Part shown: positions 47,126 through 57,393 of the stretch, one piece after another
Position numbering within the stretch: position 1 is the stretch's first letter
How the letters are laid out: each line of letters begins with the position of its first letter
IMG/VR virus record: IMGVR_UViG_3300026292_000003
Span: 124,001 to 188,000 of that record
Direction: 5' to 3' (one strand)
Length of the DNA: 64,000 bases
Translations under genes and position numbers: made by a program
Notes under the pieces: generated by a model
Told to the model about the DNA's origin: nothing
The model's input: only the letters and a program-made list of their open reading frames with translations
Database searches by the model: none

Positions 47126-48428
47126 TCAAAATGAAAACGGCTTATGGAGATTTGATCCAAAAAAGCACGTAGTTCCTGCTGACCAAATAGAAACAAAAGT
47201 AGTTGAAAACGATCAATGGAAAAATATACACAGTAACAGTTGGTGTCCAATTCCGTTTAATACAATAAGCTGGCATCCTAGTGGGCATATATCAAGATGT
47301 ATGATGAGTGACGACAATATGGGAACTCATTATGACAGTGAACATATGCAAAGGTTAAGAAGAGATATGTTAGCTGGTAAGTGGGATACTTATGGATGTA
47401 CTAGCTGTCTTAACAAAGAAAAGAAAGGTTATCGTAGTCAACGTATGAGTTGGCTAAGACATGATAAGATTAAGCATCTAGGAAATCCAGAACCTTATCG
47501 TAATCCAAAATTAACCGGTAATCAGATAAGTCATTTGTTTATTAATTTTTCAAATGTATGTAATTTTAAATGTAGAATGTGTAGTGCAAACTTTAGTAAT
47601 AGTTTGATACCTGAAAACAAGCATATGTTAGAAAAATTTCCACTTGAATATAAAAAGGTTCCACTTCAGAATCAAAAAAACTTTAATGATATTATTGGAT
47701 ATTTAGAAAAGAACTTAGACATACTACCTGGTATAAAAAGTATTTGGATGACAGGAGGAGAGCCCTTCATGACTGATGATCCATACAAACTGATTGACTT
47801 AATTGTAGAACACGGCAAGCCAGAAGAACTTGATATAGTTATTACTACAAATGGATCAAAATTAGATTTTGAAAAGTTAGAAAAGTTTAACAAAGTTAAA
47901 AAATTAACATTAGATTTAAGTATTGATGCAGTAGGACCTTTGTTTGAATATATGAGAAGTAATAAGGTTTATACTTGGAGTCAAATGGAAAATACTTGTG
48001 GTAAATTATATGAATATAAAAAAGTAAATAAGAAATGGTTTGATTTTTTTATTAATAGCAGTTACCAAATATTTAATTATGATAACTTATTAGAATTTTA
48101 CGATTTTATATATGATCATAAATGTGAAAGTAATATAAGAATGTTAATGTTTCCTGAACATTTTAGAGTGGGTAACTTGCCAAAAGTATTTAAAGATGAA
48201 GCTAGAGCAATGTGTGATAAGATAGAATTAAGGTATGGAAATAGAAATGTACATAAGATTAAAATTCTAGATGATATTAGAACTGCATTAGATATTGAAG
48301 AACCTTACTTACATAGAACTTTAAGAGTAGTACCAGAACAAGATAAATTTAGAGGAGTATACTTAACTGACTATCACGATAAACTAGCTGACTTAATATA
48401 TGGACCAAAACAATTATGCCTGTTTTAA
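47115..48428 (+). CDS. Radical SAM protein with N-terminal twitch domain (tandem paralogue)
   Basis: CNFKCRMC, GGEPF; closely similar to the upstream gene. Confidence 0.88.
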   Translation: MKNNQNENGLWRFDPKKHVVPADQIETKVVENDQWKNIHSNSWCPIPFNTISWHPSGHISRCMMSDDNMGTHYDSEHMQRLRRDMLAGKWDTYGCTSCLNKEKKGYRSQRMSWLRHDKIKHLGNPEPYRNPKLTGNQISHLFINFSNVCNFKCRMCSANFSNSLIPENKHMLEKFPLEYKKVPLQNQKNFNDIIGYLEKNLDILPGIKSIWMTGGEPFMTDDPYKLIDLIVEHGKPEELDIVITTNGSKLDFEKLEKFNKVKKLTLDLSIDAVGPLFEYMRSNKVYTWSQMENTCGKLYEYKKVNKKWFDFFINSSYQIFNYDNLLEFYDFIYDHKCESNIRMLMFPEHFRVGNLPKVFKDEARAMCDKIELRYGNRNVHKIKILDDIRTALDIEEPYLHRTLRVVPEQDKFRGVYLTDYHDKLADLIYGPKQLCLF

Positions 48429-49177
48429 CAAGACCTCAACATAGAACATACACAATAGTTTATAATACAGGATTACCTGGAGAATGGTTTTCTTGGTTTA
48501 TTAATATGCATCATGGATTTCCACGTATTGATTTATTAGATATTAGAACAGAAACTACAAAGCCTGGGCAAGAACCTATTGCACATCAAGGTAGAGTGTG
48601 GGTTCCAGAAAGTAGAAAATTTGAAAATCATGAAGGTGAATATTGGACTATTGAACGTAACCATTTTTATACTGCTATAGAAAAAGGTTTAGAAATGGGT
48701 GTAGGTGATTTTGATAAATTAATAATTAAAATACATCCATATCATTACTTAAATTATATATGGGATAATTTTAAAAAGATACATAACAAAGATACTAATA
48801 TAACAAATCATATTGTATTAGAAGTAAGCGATAAAGACATATTAGGTATACTAGAAGCTGATCATGAATTTTATCGTCCTAGGCATAGACCTAAGTTTCA
48901 ATATAGTGTTACTCCCCAATGGGAAGGATTGTCATATGATACAGATGGTGATCTACCTGTGTTTAATGACTTTAATGAAGGTTATGTACACTATAAAAGT
49001 CAATTTGAAGAAAAAGGTGTACACGTAGATAAGATAGATGTTGCAAAAATATTCCAACAAGATGTAAGTGAATACTATAAATTATTACATATATTAGATA
49101 GCCCACCTTTAAAAAAATGGAAAACCCTAGTAAAAGAATATACAGATTTTAGATTTGATGGTATAAAATTTACTTGA
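48416..49177 (+). CDS. Hypothetical protein, sulfotransferase-like paralogue family
   Basis: YNTGLPGEWFSWFINMH ... DVAKIF..EY...P..KW. Confidence 0.55.
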   Translation: MPVLTRPQHRTYTIVYNTGLPGEWFSWFINMHHGFPRIDLLDIRTETTKPGQEPIAHQGRVWVPESRKFENHEGEYWTIERNHFYTAIEKGLEMGVGDFDKLIIKIHPYHYLNYIWDNFKKIHNKDTNITNHIVLEVSDKDILGILEADHEFYRPRHRPKFQYSVTPQWEGLSYDTDGDLPVFNDFNEGYVHYKSQFEEKGVHVDKIDVAKIFQQDVSEYYKLLHILDSPPLKKWKTLVKEYTDFRFDGIKFT

Positions 49178-49202
49178 CATTGATAAGAATAAGTGTTATA
49201 TT
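49174..49202 (+). promoter_or_regulatory. sigma70 promoter
   Basis: TTGACA-17-TATATT with extended TG. Confidence 0.75.
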
Positions 49203-49232
49203 GTTAATACAATTTTGTAACGGAGTTATTTT

Positions 49233-49682
49233 ATGACTATGCATCTAGCACGTGGTCTTACCACGTTGAATACTAAAAAACGTAAAGCAAAGAAAAGAAA
49301 ATCTGCTGATCATTATATTGCTGGATGGCGTAAGCAAAATAAATTCTATAAAGAAAAAGGTTTAGAAATGATGACACTAGATGAATATATTGACTATGTT
49401 CATGGTGTCTATAAACCTAAACAAGAACCTCGAGCAGTACAAGCACCATGGCACCATACTGATTCTGCATATCATAGGGAATCCCCAAAAGTTCCTAGCA
49501 GTAATTCAAAGCATGGTATTGGTACTGCCACTAAAAGACCATCTATGCAATACACAGGTGAACGTAAACTAGTAGGTATTGCTATGATGCACAAAAGTAA
49601 TTTAGTTCCTGTATTTGCAGATGATGACGATAAAACAGGATCTAAACAAGCCACTGAAATCGCACAGATGCGAAGGAACTAA
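49233..49682 (+). CDS. Conserved phage basic hypothetical protein
   Basis: MTMHLARG ... YTGERKLVGIAMMHKSNLVP. Confidence 0.75.
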   Translation: MTMHLARGLTTLNTKKRKAKKRKSADHYIAGWRKQNKFYKEKGLEMMTLDEYIDYVHGVYKPKQEPRAVQAPWHHTDSAYHRESPKVPSSNSKHGIGTATKRPSMQYTGERKLVGIAMMHKSNLVPVFADDDDKTGSKQATEIAQMRRN

Positions 49683-49686
49683 ATCA

Positions 49687-49989
49687 TTGGAAAGCAAAGT
49701 TTGGAGTGTGACTATAAATGGTCAGAACGATTGTGTTGTATTGACTGATTTTGAAGCAATGCAAGTCAAGATGAAATTTATGCCAGATATTGAGATGTAC
49801 GATATGACAGAACGTCATGGATTAAAACCAGCTCACTTGCATAAGTTAGATCGTAAAAAACAAAGCATACCAGGTCTATCTTGGATAGGTCCAGAACCTA
49901 CATACACTAAAGGCGTTGGTCCAGGTATGTTTGGTGGTGCGGCAGATATGATTTGGGAATTTAAGGACCTAATGGATATGGATATTTAA
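49687..49989 (+). CDS. Hypothetical protein
   Basis: AAGGA RBS then TTG 49687, an internal start of the 49615 ORF. Confidence 0.6.
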   Translation: MESKVWSVTINGQNDCVVLTDFEAMQVKMKFMPDIEMYDMTERHGLKPAHLHKLDRKKQSIPGLSWIGPEPTYTKGVGPGMFGGAADMIWEFKDLMDMDI

Positions 49990-49990
49990 T

Positions 49991-50572
49991 ATGGAAAAGA
50001 TTATTTTAACTGATGTAGACGGAGTTCTACTAGATTGGGAGACTGCTTTTTATGAATGGATGAAAAATAAAGGGTATGATGCAAAGAACGAAGGCATTTA
50101 TAATATGGAAGCTGTTTTTGAAATGCGACAGGATAAAACAAAAGCATTAATTAGAGAATTTAATAATAGTGCGTGGATGGCTTATTTACAACCATTACGA
50201 GATGCTAGAAGTGGGGTAGCTAAATTAGTAGAAGCAGGATATACGTTTCATGCTATAACTAGTATAAGTCTAGATCCTAATACAAAAGAATTGAGACAAC
50301 AAAACTTAGATAGTGTATTTGGTAAAGGTGTATTTACAAAACTTGTTTGTCTAGATACTGGTGCTGACAAAGATGATGCATTAGCTGAATATAAAGATAG
50401 TGGATTATATTGGATTGAAGACAAGACAATGAATGCTAATCTTGGAGCAAGATTAGGTCTTAAGAGTATACTTATTACTCATAACCACAATAAAAATGAT
50501 AGCGAATTAGATTCTTCTGTTCAACGAGCAGGCAAATGGACCGAAATAGTTGACATCGTTGTTAACTGTTAA
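49991..50572 (+). CDS. HAD-family 5'(3')-deoxyribonucleotidase-like protein
   Basis: DVDGVL, AITS, ADK and WIEDK. Confidence 0.85.
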   Translation: MEKIILTDVDGVLLDWETAFYEWMKNKGYDAKNEGIYNMEAVFEMRQDKTKALIREFNNSAWMAYLQPLRDARSGVAKLVEAGYTFHAITSISLDPNTKELRQQNLDSVFGKGVFTKLVCLDTGADKDDALAEYKDSGLYWIEDKTMNANLGARLGLKSILITHNHNKNDSELDSSVQRAGKWTEIVDIVVNC

Positions 50573-51318
50573 ATTTCGTTATCACCATAAATTGTTAGAA
50601 CTTCTGTTACTGCAACGTGTCTTTCTACGTCGCCTGTAGTAAATTCTACTACACCAATTAAATTACTTTGTTTTTGTTTTAACAATTTAATAAATTCTTT
50701 GAGGCCATTGTGTTCAAAGCCTCTATCATGTTGTGCTAAATCTCCTGTTACTATAATTTTTGAATTATCACCAATACGTGTTAGCAACATCTTCATTTGA
50801 GATGGTGTTGCATTTTGCATTTCGTCAGCAATAATCCAACTGTTTTTGAAAGTTCTACCTCTCATATAAGCAAGTGGTGCAATTTCAATAACATTGTCCT
50901 CGATCATAGACTCGATTCTTTTGGGTGACCAGTATTCTTCCATAACGTCAAAAATAGGTCTTGTCCATGGTGCCATTTTTTCAACAAGTGTTCCGGGTAG
51001 GAATCCGTGTTGTTCATCAACGGAAACAGCTGGTCTAGTAACAACGATTTTTTCGCACTCACCATTATTATATGCGTCAATCGCAGAAAGAACACCAAGT
51101 AAGGTTTTACCTGTACCTGCTGGACCCATAGAAAATACTATATTCTTTGTGTGGTCGTCAAGCATAGTTACATAGTCTTCTTGAGCTATGTTGCGTGGAA
51201 TTATAGTCACGTGTTTTTTTCGTTGCTTGAATGCTTCTTTTACGTGGATTACGTTACTGTTTTCGTAATGTTGTTGATAGTGTTGTTGTTTTTTTGTTTT
51301 TCGAGCTCGTTTAGCCAT
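50569..51318 (-). CDS. phoH: PhoH-like ATPase
   Basis: GPAGTGKT, GFLPG, AYMRGRT, DEMQN, TGDLAQ; AGGAG RBS then ATG 51318. Confidence 0.95.
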   Translation of the reverse strand: MAKRARKTKKQQHYQQHYENSNVIHVKEAFKQRKKHVTIIPRNIAQEDYVTMLDDHTKNIVFSMGPAGTGKTLLGVLSAIDAYNNGECEKIVVTRPAVSVDEQHGFLPGTLVEKMAPWTRPIFDVMEEYWSPKRIESMIEDNVIEIAPLAYMRGRTFKNSWIIADEMQNATPSQMKMLLTRIGDNSKIIVTGDLAQHDRGFEHNGLKEFIKLLKQKQSNLIGVVEFTTGDVERHVAVTEVLTIYGDNEI

Positions 51319-51439
51319 ATTAACTCCTGTATTCGGGATGGAAGGCCCAATTTGCCTGCTCATAAGTATTTAACATCGAAAATCTCTAATTAACTGAATG
51401 TTAAATAAAAGTGATAAATAATATAAAGTAAGGAATATT

Positions 51440-51967
51440 ATGATGGATCAAAATTACATATTAAACAATTTAAAAGCTAATACTAGTAGGAATAGTGCAT
51501 TAGAAACACTTATGAATTTAGAAAGTGTTATCGACCATGCTAACATATATGCCTATCCTAATTGGATAGAAGGTGAAGTAGTTGAAGGACCTCATATTGA
51601 TAGATATTGGGTTACAGTTACTTTAATGTATCCACATAAACTTATGCCAGATCCAGAAGGTGCTGAAAGATTGTTAAAACATGGTTGCAAAGTATACTAT
51701 GCTAAAGACGAATTAGAAACTGCGGCTAAATTAAAAAGTCCAGATGATAGTGAAGGTCAAGATAATGCTAGTGAAAGACGACCAGGACAAACTAGAGCTA
51801 AGGTAGTTAAAAAACCAATTTGGTTAGTTACATTAGTAGTACCAAGAAAATTTATGGATGATATTGAAGCTAGTAAATTAAGAATAGAAGACCAAGCTAT
51901 TAATAGTGATGCAGTAGAACAAGCAAACGTAGAGGCTATGGCACCACAACCTGAAGGTGAAGTATAA
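51440..51967 (+). CDS. Conserved jumbo-phage hypothetical protein
   Basis: IYAYPNWIEGEVVEGP..RYWV..MPDP.G..RL. Confidence 0.75.
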   Translation: MMDQNYILNNLKANTSRNSALETLMNLESVIDHANIYAYPNWIEGEVVEGPHIDRYWVTVTLMYPHKLMPDPEGAERLLKHGCKVYYAKDELETAAKLKSPDDSEGQDNASERRPGQTRAKVVKKPIWLVTLVVPRKFMDDIEASKLRIEDQAINSDAVEQANVEAMAPQPEGEV

Positions 51968-52437
51968 TGAGTATTCAAAATAATGATTTAGAAGATTTAA
52001 TATCTACTGTAGTAAGCATAGACCAATATAAAAGTAAAATTGGTAAAGATGAGAATGTAGTGGTAATAGCATTTGATATAAAAGATAGCGACCCTGCAAA
52101 AGATTTAAGTCAATTTATTGAAACAGGACATGAATGTATTGATGTAGATGTTTCACCTGGACCAACTAAAGATGGTACATATAAAGTTTTTATAGAATTA
52201 GAAAGAAATAGTAAGTTATTTGATTCTATTGATAAGATATTAAAAGACATTTCAAGAGTTGATAATTTAGCAAAGGATTTTAGATTTAAAGCATACAAGA
52301 GTGGTGATGTTCCTAAATCATGGAGCAAAGACAACTTTGAAAGGTTTGTTATTAGTAGCAGTTACGATTATCTATTAGCAAATAATTCAGAAGCTAAAAA
52401 CATCACAGAAAGACTAAAATTCTTAAATAAATATTAG
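51967..52437 (+). CDS. Conserved hypothetical protein
   Basis: IDQYKSKIG..DL..FIE.G..DVDVSPG. Confidence 0.75.
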   Translation: MSIQNNDLEDLISTVVSIDQYKSKIGKDENVVVIAFDIKDSDPAKDLSQFIETGHECIDVDVSPGPTKDGTYKVFIELERNSKLFDSIDKILKDISRVDNLAKDFRFKAYKSGDVPKSWSKDNFERFVISSSYDYLLANNSEAKNITERLKFLNKY

Positions 52438-52440
52438 CAC

Positions 52441-52659
52441 ATGGCAAAACAAGAATCTATTAAATTTTCTGGTCGTGTGTTAGACTCGTTACCGGGTTCC
52501 TTTTTTAAAGTGGAACTAGATAACGGACACAAAATAACAGGTGTTATGAGTGGAAAGATCAGAAAAAATAATATCAAGATTTTGCCTGGCGATAAGGTTG
52601 ACATAGAAATGTCACCATACGATCTTAGTAAAGGTCGTATAGTTTTTAGGTATAAATAA
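52441..52659 (+). CDS. infA: Translation initiation factor IF-1
   Basis: MAKQESI..G.V...[34 protein letters not shown]. Confidence 0.96.
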   Translation: MAKQESIKFSGRVLDSLPGSFFKVELDNGHKITGVMSGKIRKNNIKILPGDKVDIEMSPYDLSKGRIVFRYK

Positions 52660-52663
52660 AAAT

Positions 52664-53149
52664 ATGTTTGGAATATTTGGAAGACTAAAAGTTTATTTTA
52701 TAATGTTTGCGGCATTCGCAGTATTTGCCGGAGTCGCTTATTGGTACTATCAAAGTACACAAAAGCAGATTATAGCATATGCTAAAAATCAAGCAACATT
52801 AGAAACTACTGTAGAACTGCAAAAGCAGACTACATTAGCTCTACAAAAAGACCTAAAGAAAGCAAATGATGCATTAGTAACACTAACTGACGAATTTGCT
52901 GAAAGTAGAAAAAACGTTAAAGAATTGGAAACAATCTTTAATCAATCTAAAGATGGAACTAAAAGAGACTTCGGTGAAGAATCAATTAAGAACCCAGAAT
53001 ATATTGAGGGCGAAATTAATAAAGGTTCAAATCAAGTTTTCAGATGTTTTGAATTATTAAGTGGGCAGAAGCCTATGGAAGGTGATAAAAATGAAGAACA
53101 GTATATTAATTGTATTAATGGCACTACTAACTCTAACGGGTTGCAGTAG
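52664..53149 (+). CDS. Putative i-spanin (Rz-like)
   Basis: N-terminal TM plus coiled coil with C-terminal Cys; overlaps a lipoprotein gene. Confidence 0.65.
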   Translation: MFGIFGRLKVYFIMFAAFAVFAGVAYWYYQSTQKQIIAYAKNQATLETTVELQKQTTLALQKDLKKANDALVTLTDEFAESRKNVKELETIFNQSKDGTKRDFGEESIKNPEYIEGEINKGSNQVFRCFELLSGQKPMEGDKNEEQYINCINGTTNSNGLQ

Positions 53150-53453
53150 TCTAAAAGTACCACAAATACTAAAAGTTAACACAGCACCTATAGAGAAACA
53201 TTCTTTAAAACTCCCTAAGGTTGATCAATATGATGCAAGATCATTGGAGTGGATAGTTCTTACTCCTGACAATGTAGACGAAGTGTTTGCAAAACTAAAA
53301 GCTAATAACATAGACCTCGTACTTTTTGCTGTAACTGATGATGGATACCAAAACTTATCGCTTAATATGGCTGATATAATTAAATTGGTAAAACAACAAA
53401 AATCCATTATAGCGGCTTACGAAAAGTACTTGGACAATGAAGAAGCTCAATAA
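53091..53453 (+). CDS. Putative o-spanin (Rz1-like lipoprotein)
   Basis: [18 protein letters not shown] lipobox; GGAAGG RBS then ATG 53091. Confidence 0.7.
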   Translation: MKNSILIVLMALLTLTGCSSLKVPQILKVNTAPIEKHSLKLPKVDQYDARSLEWIVLTPDNVDEVFAKLKANNIDLVLFAVTDDGYQNLSLNMADIIKLVKQQKSIIAAYEKYLDNEEAQ

Positions 53454-54114
53454 TCCTTGGTATATTCTTGGCGTTGAACCTAACGCATCGCTTACCGCGA
53501 TAAAAAAAGCATATAAAAGATTAGCAATTAGAATGCACCCAGACAAAGGTGGCTCTGTAGCTGATTGGTTAAATGTAAGTCAAGCATATGAAAAGATTTT
53601 AAAGAAAGAACACGTACCTGTAAAGAAAGGTAAAGATGTTAAATATGTTGATATATACTTAACTATACAACAACAAATAAATGGTTTTGAAGGCTTTGTA
53701 GTAATAGATGAAGAAAAAGAATTATATTTAAAAGTAAAAATACCAGCAGGTGCATTAAGAAATGATAAGTTTAGAGTAATACACAATGCTAAAAAGTACA
53801 TTATAAATATTAAAGAAAAAGCAGATAAAGTCTTTACAAGACAAGGAAATAATGTTATAGTATATAAAAAGTTAGATATAATAGACATAATGAAACAAAA
53901 ACCGTTTGTTGTTATATCTCCTTTAGGTGAATATCTCGAAGTACAAATTCCACCAAATACAGATTCTGGAAGTATAATTGTCGTAAAAGGACAAGGCTTA
54001 TACAACAGAAGAACAAAGAAAAGAGGAAACTTAAGAATTAACGTGAAAGTAAATATACCCACAGTGAACAAAGATAATGTTCAACAAATTATAAAAAGAT
54101 TAAAAGATGACTGA
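53437..54114 (+). CDS. DnaJ/CbpA-like co-chaperone
   Basis: J-domain with HPD and DnaJ C-terminal domain (GQGL..RGNL); no zinc finger. Confidence 0.88.
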   Translation: MKKLNNPWYILGVEPNASLTAIKKAYKRLAIRMHPDKGGSVADWLNVSQAYEKILKKEHVPVKKGKDVKYVDIYLTIQQQINGFEGFVVIDEEKELYLKVKIPAGALRNDKFRVIHNAKKYIINIKEKADKVFTRQGNNVIVYKKLDIIDIMKQKPFVVISPLGEYLEVQIPPNTDSGSIIVVKGQGLYNRRTKKRGNLRINVKVNIPTVNKDNVQQIIKRLKDD

Positions 54115-56368
54115 TATAGAAAAAATTGTTATAACTGCTATTAACCTAGCAAAGAAATTTAGACACGAGTATGTTACTATTGAACATTTGTCGGCTGTTA
54201 TATTAGATGACCCAGAAGTTCAAGCAATGTGTTATGAAGTACAAGCAGATCATGAACAGTTACAAATTTCATTAGTAAATTATTTAGAGCATGATTGTAA
54301 AGAATTAATAAAAAGTAAAAAAGAAGAACCTAATCCATTTAAGACTCAAATGTTAGAAAGGGTTTTTAACAGAGCATTAACTCAAGCATTGTTTCAAGGT
54401 AAGAAAGCAATTAATCAGTTAGATTTAGTATTAAGTATATTAGGTGAAGAACATAGTGTTGCGGCAACATATGCAGATCAATGTGGACTTAATAAAAATA
54501 AAGTTATGGCTTGGATGCAAGATACAGCTCAAGCACAAATTGATACAATATTTACAGCCATGCCACCAGGTATGGATCCTTATGGACACAATGGTCCACA
54601 AACTCCACTTGCAGTATTAAATCAATATTGTAATAATCTAAATGAAGCAAGTCAAGACTTTGATGATGTAGTAGGGCGTAGAGATGTGTTAAGAGATTTA
54701 GTTCAAACTGTAGCACGTAAGAAAAAATCAAATGCAGTATTAACAGGAGGCAGTGGTGTAGGTAAAACAGCCATTGTACAAGGATTAGCAAAATTAATTG
54801 TAGAAGGTAAAGTTCCTGAAGTTATAAAAAGTAAAACTGTATGGGAACTTGATATGACAAAACTAGTAGCTGGTACAAAATACAGAGGTGACTTTGAAGA
54901 ACGTATGAAGCAATTAGGAGAAGCATTACGAAAACAACCAGACATTATTTTATTCATAGATGAGATACATCAAATAATTGGTGCAGGTAGTACAAATCAA
55001 TCAATGGACGCAGGTAATATGTTAAAGCCTGCATTAGCAAGTGGAACATTAAAAGTTATTGGTGCTACAACAGATGAAGAATATAGAAGAGTATTTGAGA
55101 AAGAAACTGCATTAGCACGTAGGTTTACAAAAGTATCAGTAGATGAACCTAGTGTAAAAGATGCTAAAGAAGTATTAAAACATACTATAGTTTCTTATGA
55201 AGGATATCATGATGTAGAAATTACAGATGAGGCTTGTGAACTAGCAGTTGATTTAAGTCATCAATATATGTTTAATAAAAAGTTACCAGATAAAGCATTT
55301 GACATAGTTGATAGAGCCTGTGCATATAATACAATATTACCAGTAAAAGATAGATTAAAGGTTATTGGTGTAGATGAAATTAGAGCAGAAGTATCTAAAC
55401 TTACTACAATACCTGAAGAACATTTAGGACTTTCAAAAGATAAAGAAACTGCTACTAAACATAGCGAAGTAAGATCATTCTTAGAAAAAACTGTATTTGG
55501 ACAACAAGGTGCTATTAATCGTGTAGTTGATAGTATTACAGTTAGTATGGCAGGATTAAAAGATCCTGTTAAACCTATTGCAAGTTATTTGTTTACTGGT
55601 CCAACTGGTGTTGGTAAAACAGAATTAGCAAAAAGATTAGCACAAGCAATGACTATGAAACTGGTACGTTATGATATGGCAGAATATCAAGAACGTCATA
55701 CAGTATCAAAACTTATTGGATCACCTCCAGGATATGTAGGGTTTGCAGATGGAAAAGCAGGTGATGGTTTATTAATTACACAACTAGAAGATAATCCAAA
55801 TTGTGTACTATTATTAGACGAAGTAGAAAAAGCACACCCAGACTTAATGAGTGTATTATTAAGTTTATTAGACGAGGGTACAATTACAAGTAGTACTGGT
55901 AAAATAGTAAATGCAAAAAATGCAATAATTATTATGACTAGTAACTTAGGTGCCAGAGATGCGTCAATTAAAAGTATAGGTTTTAACGAAGAAACTTATA
56001 ATCACAAAGCAGTAGATGAAGCAATAAACAATTACTTCTCGCCAGAATTTCGTAATAGGCTTGATGGTATAGTAAAATTTAATTCATTATCACGTGAGAA
56101 TATGAACAGTATTGTTATTAAATTCTTAAATGAATTAGAGAGTTATGTAGCTCAAAGAAACATAGAAATTTCTTGGGGTCCTGCATTACAAACTATGCTA
56201 GAAGATAAAGGGTATGATCCTCAGATGGGAGCAAGGCCTTTAGCAAGACTAATTAACGAAAAAGTAAAACTTCCATTAGCTAAATACTTACTAGATAGAG
56301 AAGGTAAGAAAAAGCTAAACTTAACAGTTGATTGGAAGAAAGACGAGCTAGTAATTAATGGAAAATAA
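54107..56368 (+). CDS. clpA: ClpA-type AAA+ unfoldase
   Basis: Clp N-domain, two AAA modules (GSGVGKT, KYRG, FIDEIH; [18 protein letters not shown]), IGF loop; no ClpB M-domain. Confidence 0.9.
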   Translation: MTDIEKIVITAINLAKKFRHEYVTIEHLSAVILDDPEVQAMCYEVQADHEQLQISLVNYLEHDCKELIKSKKEEPNPFKTQMLERVFNRALTQALFQGKKAINQLDLVLSILGEEHSVAATYADQCGLNKNKVMAWMQDTAQAQIDTIFTAMPPGMDPYGHNGPQTPLAVLNQYCNNLNEASQDFDDVVGRRDVLRDLVQTVARKKKSNAVLTGGSGVGKTAIVQGLAKLIVEGKVPEVIKSKTVWELDMTKLVAGTKYRGDFEERMKQLGEALRKQPDIILFIDEIHQIIGAGSTNQSMDAGNMLKPALASGTLKVIGATTDEEYRRVFEKETALARRFTKVSVDEPSVKDAKEVLKHTIVSYEGYHDVEITDEACELAVDLSHQYMFNKKLPDKAFDIVDRACAYNTILPVKDRLKVIGVDEIRAEVSKLTTIPEEHLGLSKDKETATKHSEVRSFLEKTVFGQQGAINRVVDSITVSMAGLKDPVKPIASYLFTGPTGVGKTELAKRLAQAMTMKLVRYDMAEYQERHTVSKLIGSPPGYVGFADGKAGDGLLITQLEDNPNCVLLLDEVEKAHPDLMSVLLSLLDEGTITSSTGKIVNAKNAIIIMTSNLGARDASIKSIGFNEETYNHKAVDEAINNYFSPEFRNRLDGIVKFNSLSRENMNSIVIKFLNELESYVAQRNIEISWGPALQTMLEDKGYDPQMGARPLARLINEKVKLPLAKYLLDREGKKKLNLTVDWKKDELVINGK

Positions 56369-56981
56369 ACCAACATTAAAATTATTTTATGGATTATATG
56401 ATACTTGTATTAAGTTAAATTCCATTCCGCTAGGCTACGAATTCAGTTATAACAAATTTTCAAAAGATGCTCACTTTCCAGGTTGGAGAGGTGTAAAGCA
56501 TATTAATAGAAGCAAATCAACATATGATTGTTTAGTATATACATCAAGCAAATATATAATCAATGATATATTAAAAAATGATTTTTTACAAAGTAAGATA
56601 GTATCTATACAACGTCCTATAAGTCAAAAGCATAAAGAAATGTTAAAGAAGAAAGATAGGAAAGTTATTTTAAGAGAATCTCTATGGTTTGGCAAATATA
56701 AGCATAGAGTACAATGCACTCATAATTGGGATAGACCAGTTACAAAAGATGAGAGCTTTGAAATAGTACAATGGATATATAATAATTTTAAAAAATCTGA
56801 AACACGTATAGTTAATACTATGGGAGCTTATTTAGGTTATCACAGAAAAAACCAACGATTAGCACCTATTCCTACAGTTTTTACTACAAACGAAGAGACT
56901 ATAATGTTGTTTAAACTAACATTTAGTGATCGTTTGAACATGAATATAGAAACAATCATTCAGGTAAACGATATAGATTAG
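56358..56981 (+). CDS. Hypothetical protein
   Basis: 207 aa, coupled. Confidence 0.7.
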   Translation: MENKPTLKLFYGLYDTCIKLNSIPLGYEFSYNKFSKDAHFPGWRGVKHINRSKSTYDCLVYTSSKYIINDILKNDFLQSKIVSIQRPISQKHKEMLKKKDRKVILRESLWFGKYKHRVQCTHNWDRPVTKDESFEIVQWIYNNFKKSETRIVNTMGAYLGYHRKNQRLAPIPTVFTTNEETIMLFKLTFSDRLNMNIETIIQVNDID

Positions 56982-57011
56982 ATAAATACTTGTAGATACA
57001 GGAGAACATAC

Positions 57012-57383
57012 ATGGCTAGTTCCATAATTTTATTAACAAATAAGAACGAATTATCATATACAAGTAACGCCGTTAAAGGCGACGGTTACTACGGTTTTAG
57101 TGATGGCTTACATACTATGAGCTTTCACGTAGTAAACTTTACAGGTAGAATACATTTAGAAGCTACAATCGTTGAGAATCCTACTGATGACGATTGGTTC
57201 CCTATCGAACTAGACGCAGTAACTCCTTATTACCAATTCACCGCTGAAACTGCAACCAAAGGTATTAGTTTTGAAGGAAACTTTGTATATTTAAGATGCA
57301 AAGTGGATAGAGCATACTTAGGTGCAAACTCATATGATCCTGCATTACATGGTTCAATTGACAAAGTGGTGGTTCTACTATAG
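57012..57383 (+). CDS. Putative virion protein
   Basis: Late promoter at 56982, AGGAG RBS, beta-rich. Confidence 0.6.
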   Translation: MASSIILLTNKNELSYTSNAVKGDGYYGFSDGLHTMSFHVVNFTGRIHLEATIVENPTDDDWFPIELDAVTPYYQFTAETATKGISFEGNFVYLRCKVDRAYLGANSYDPALHGSIDKVVVLL

Positions 57384-57393
57384 GAGATAAACT

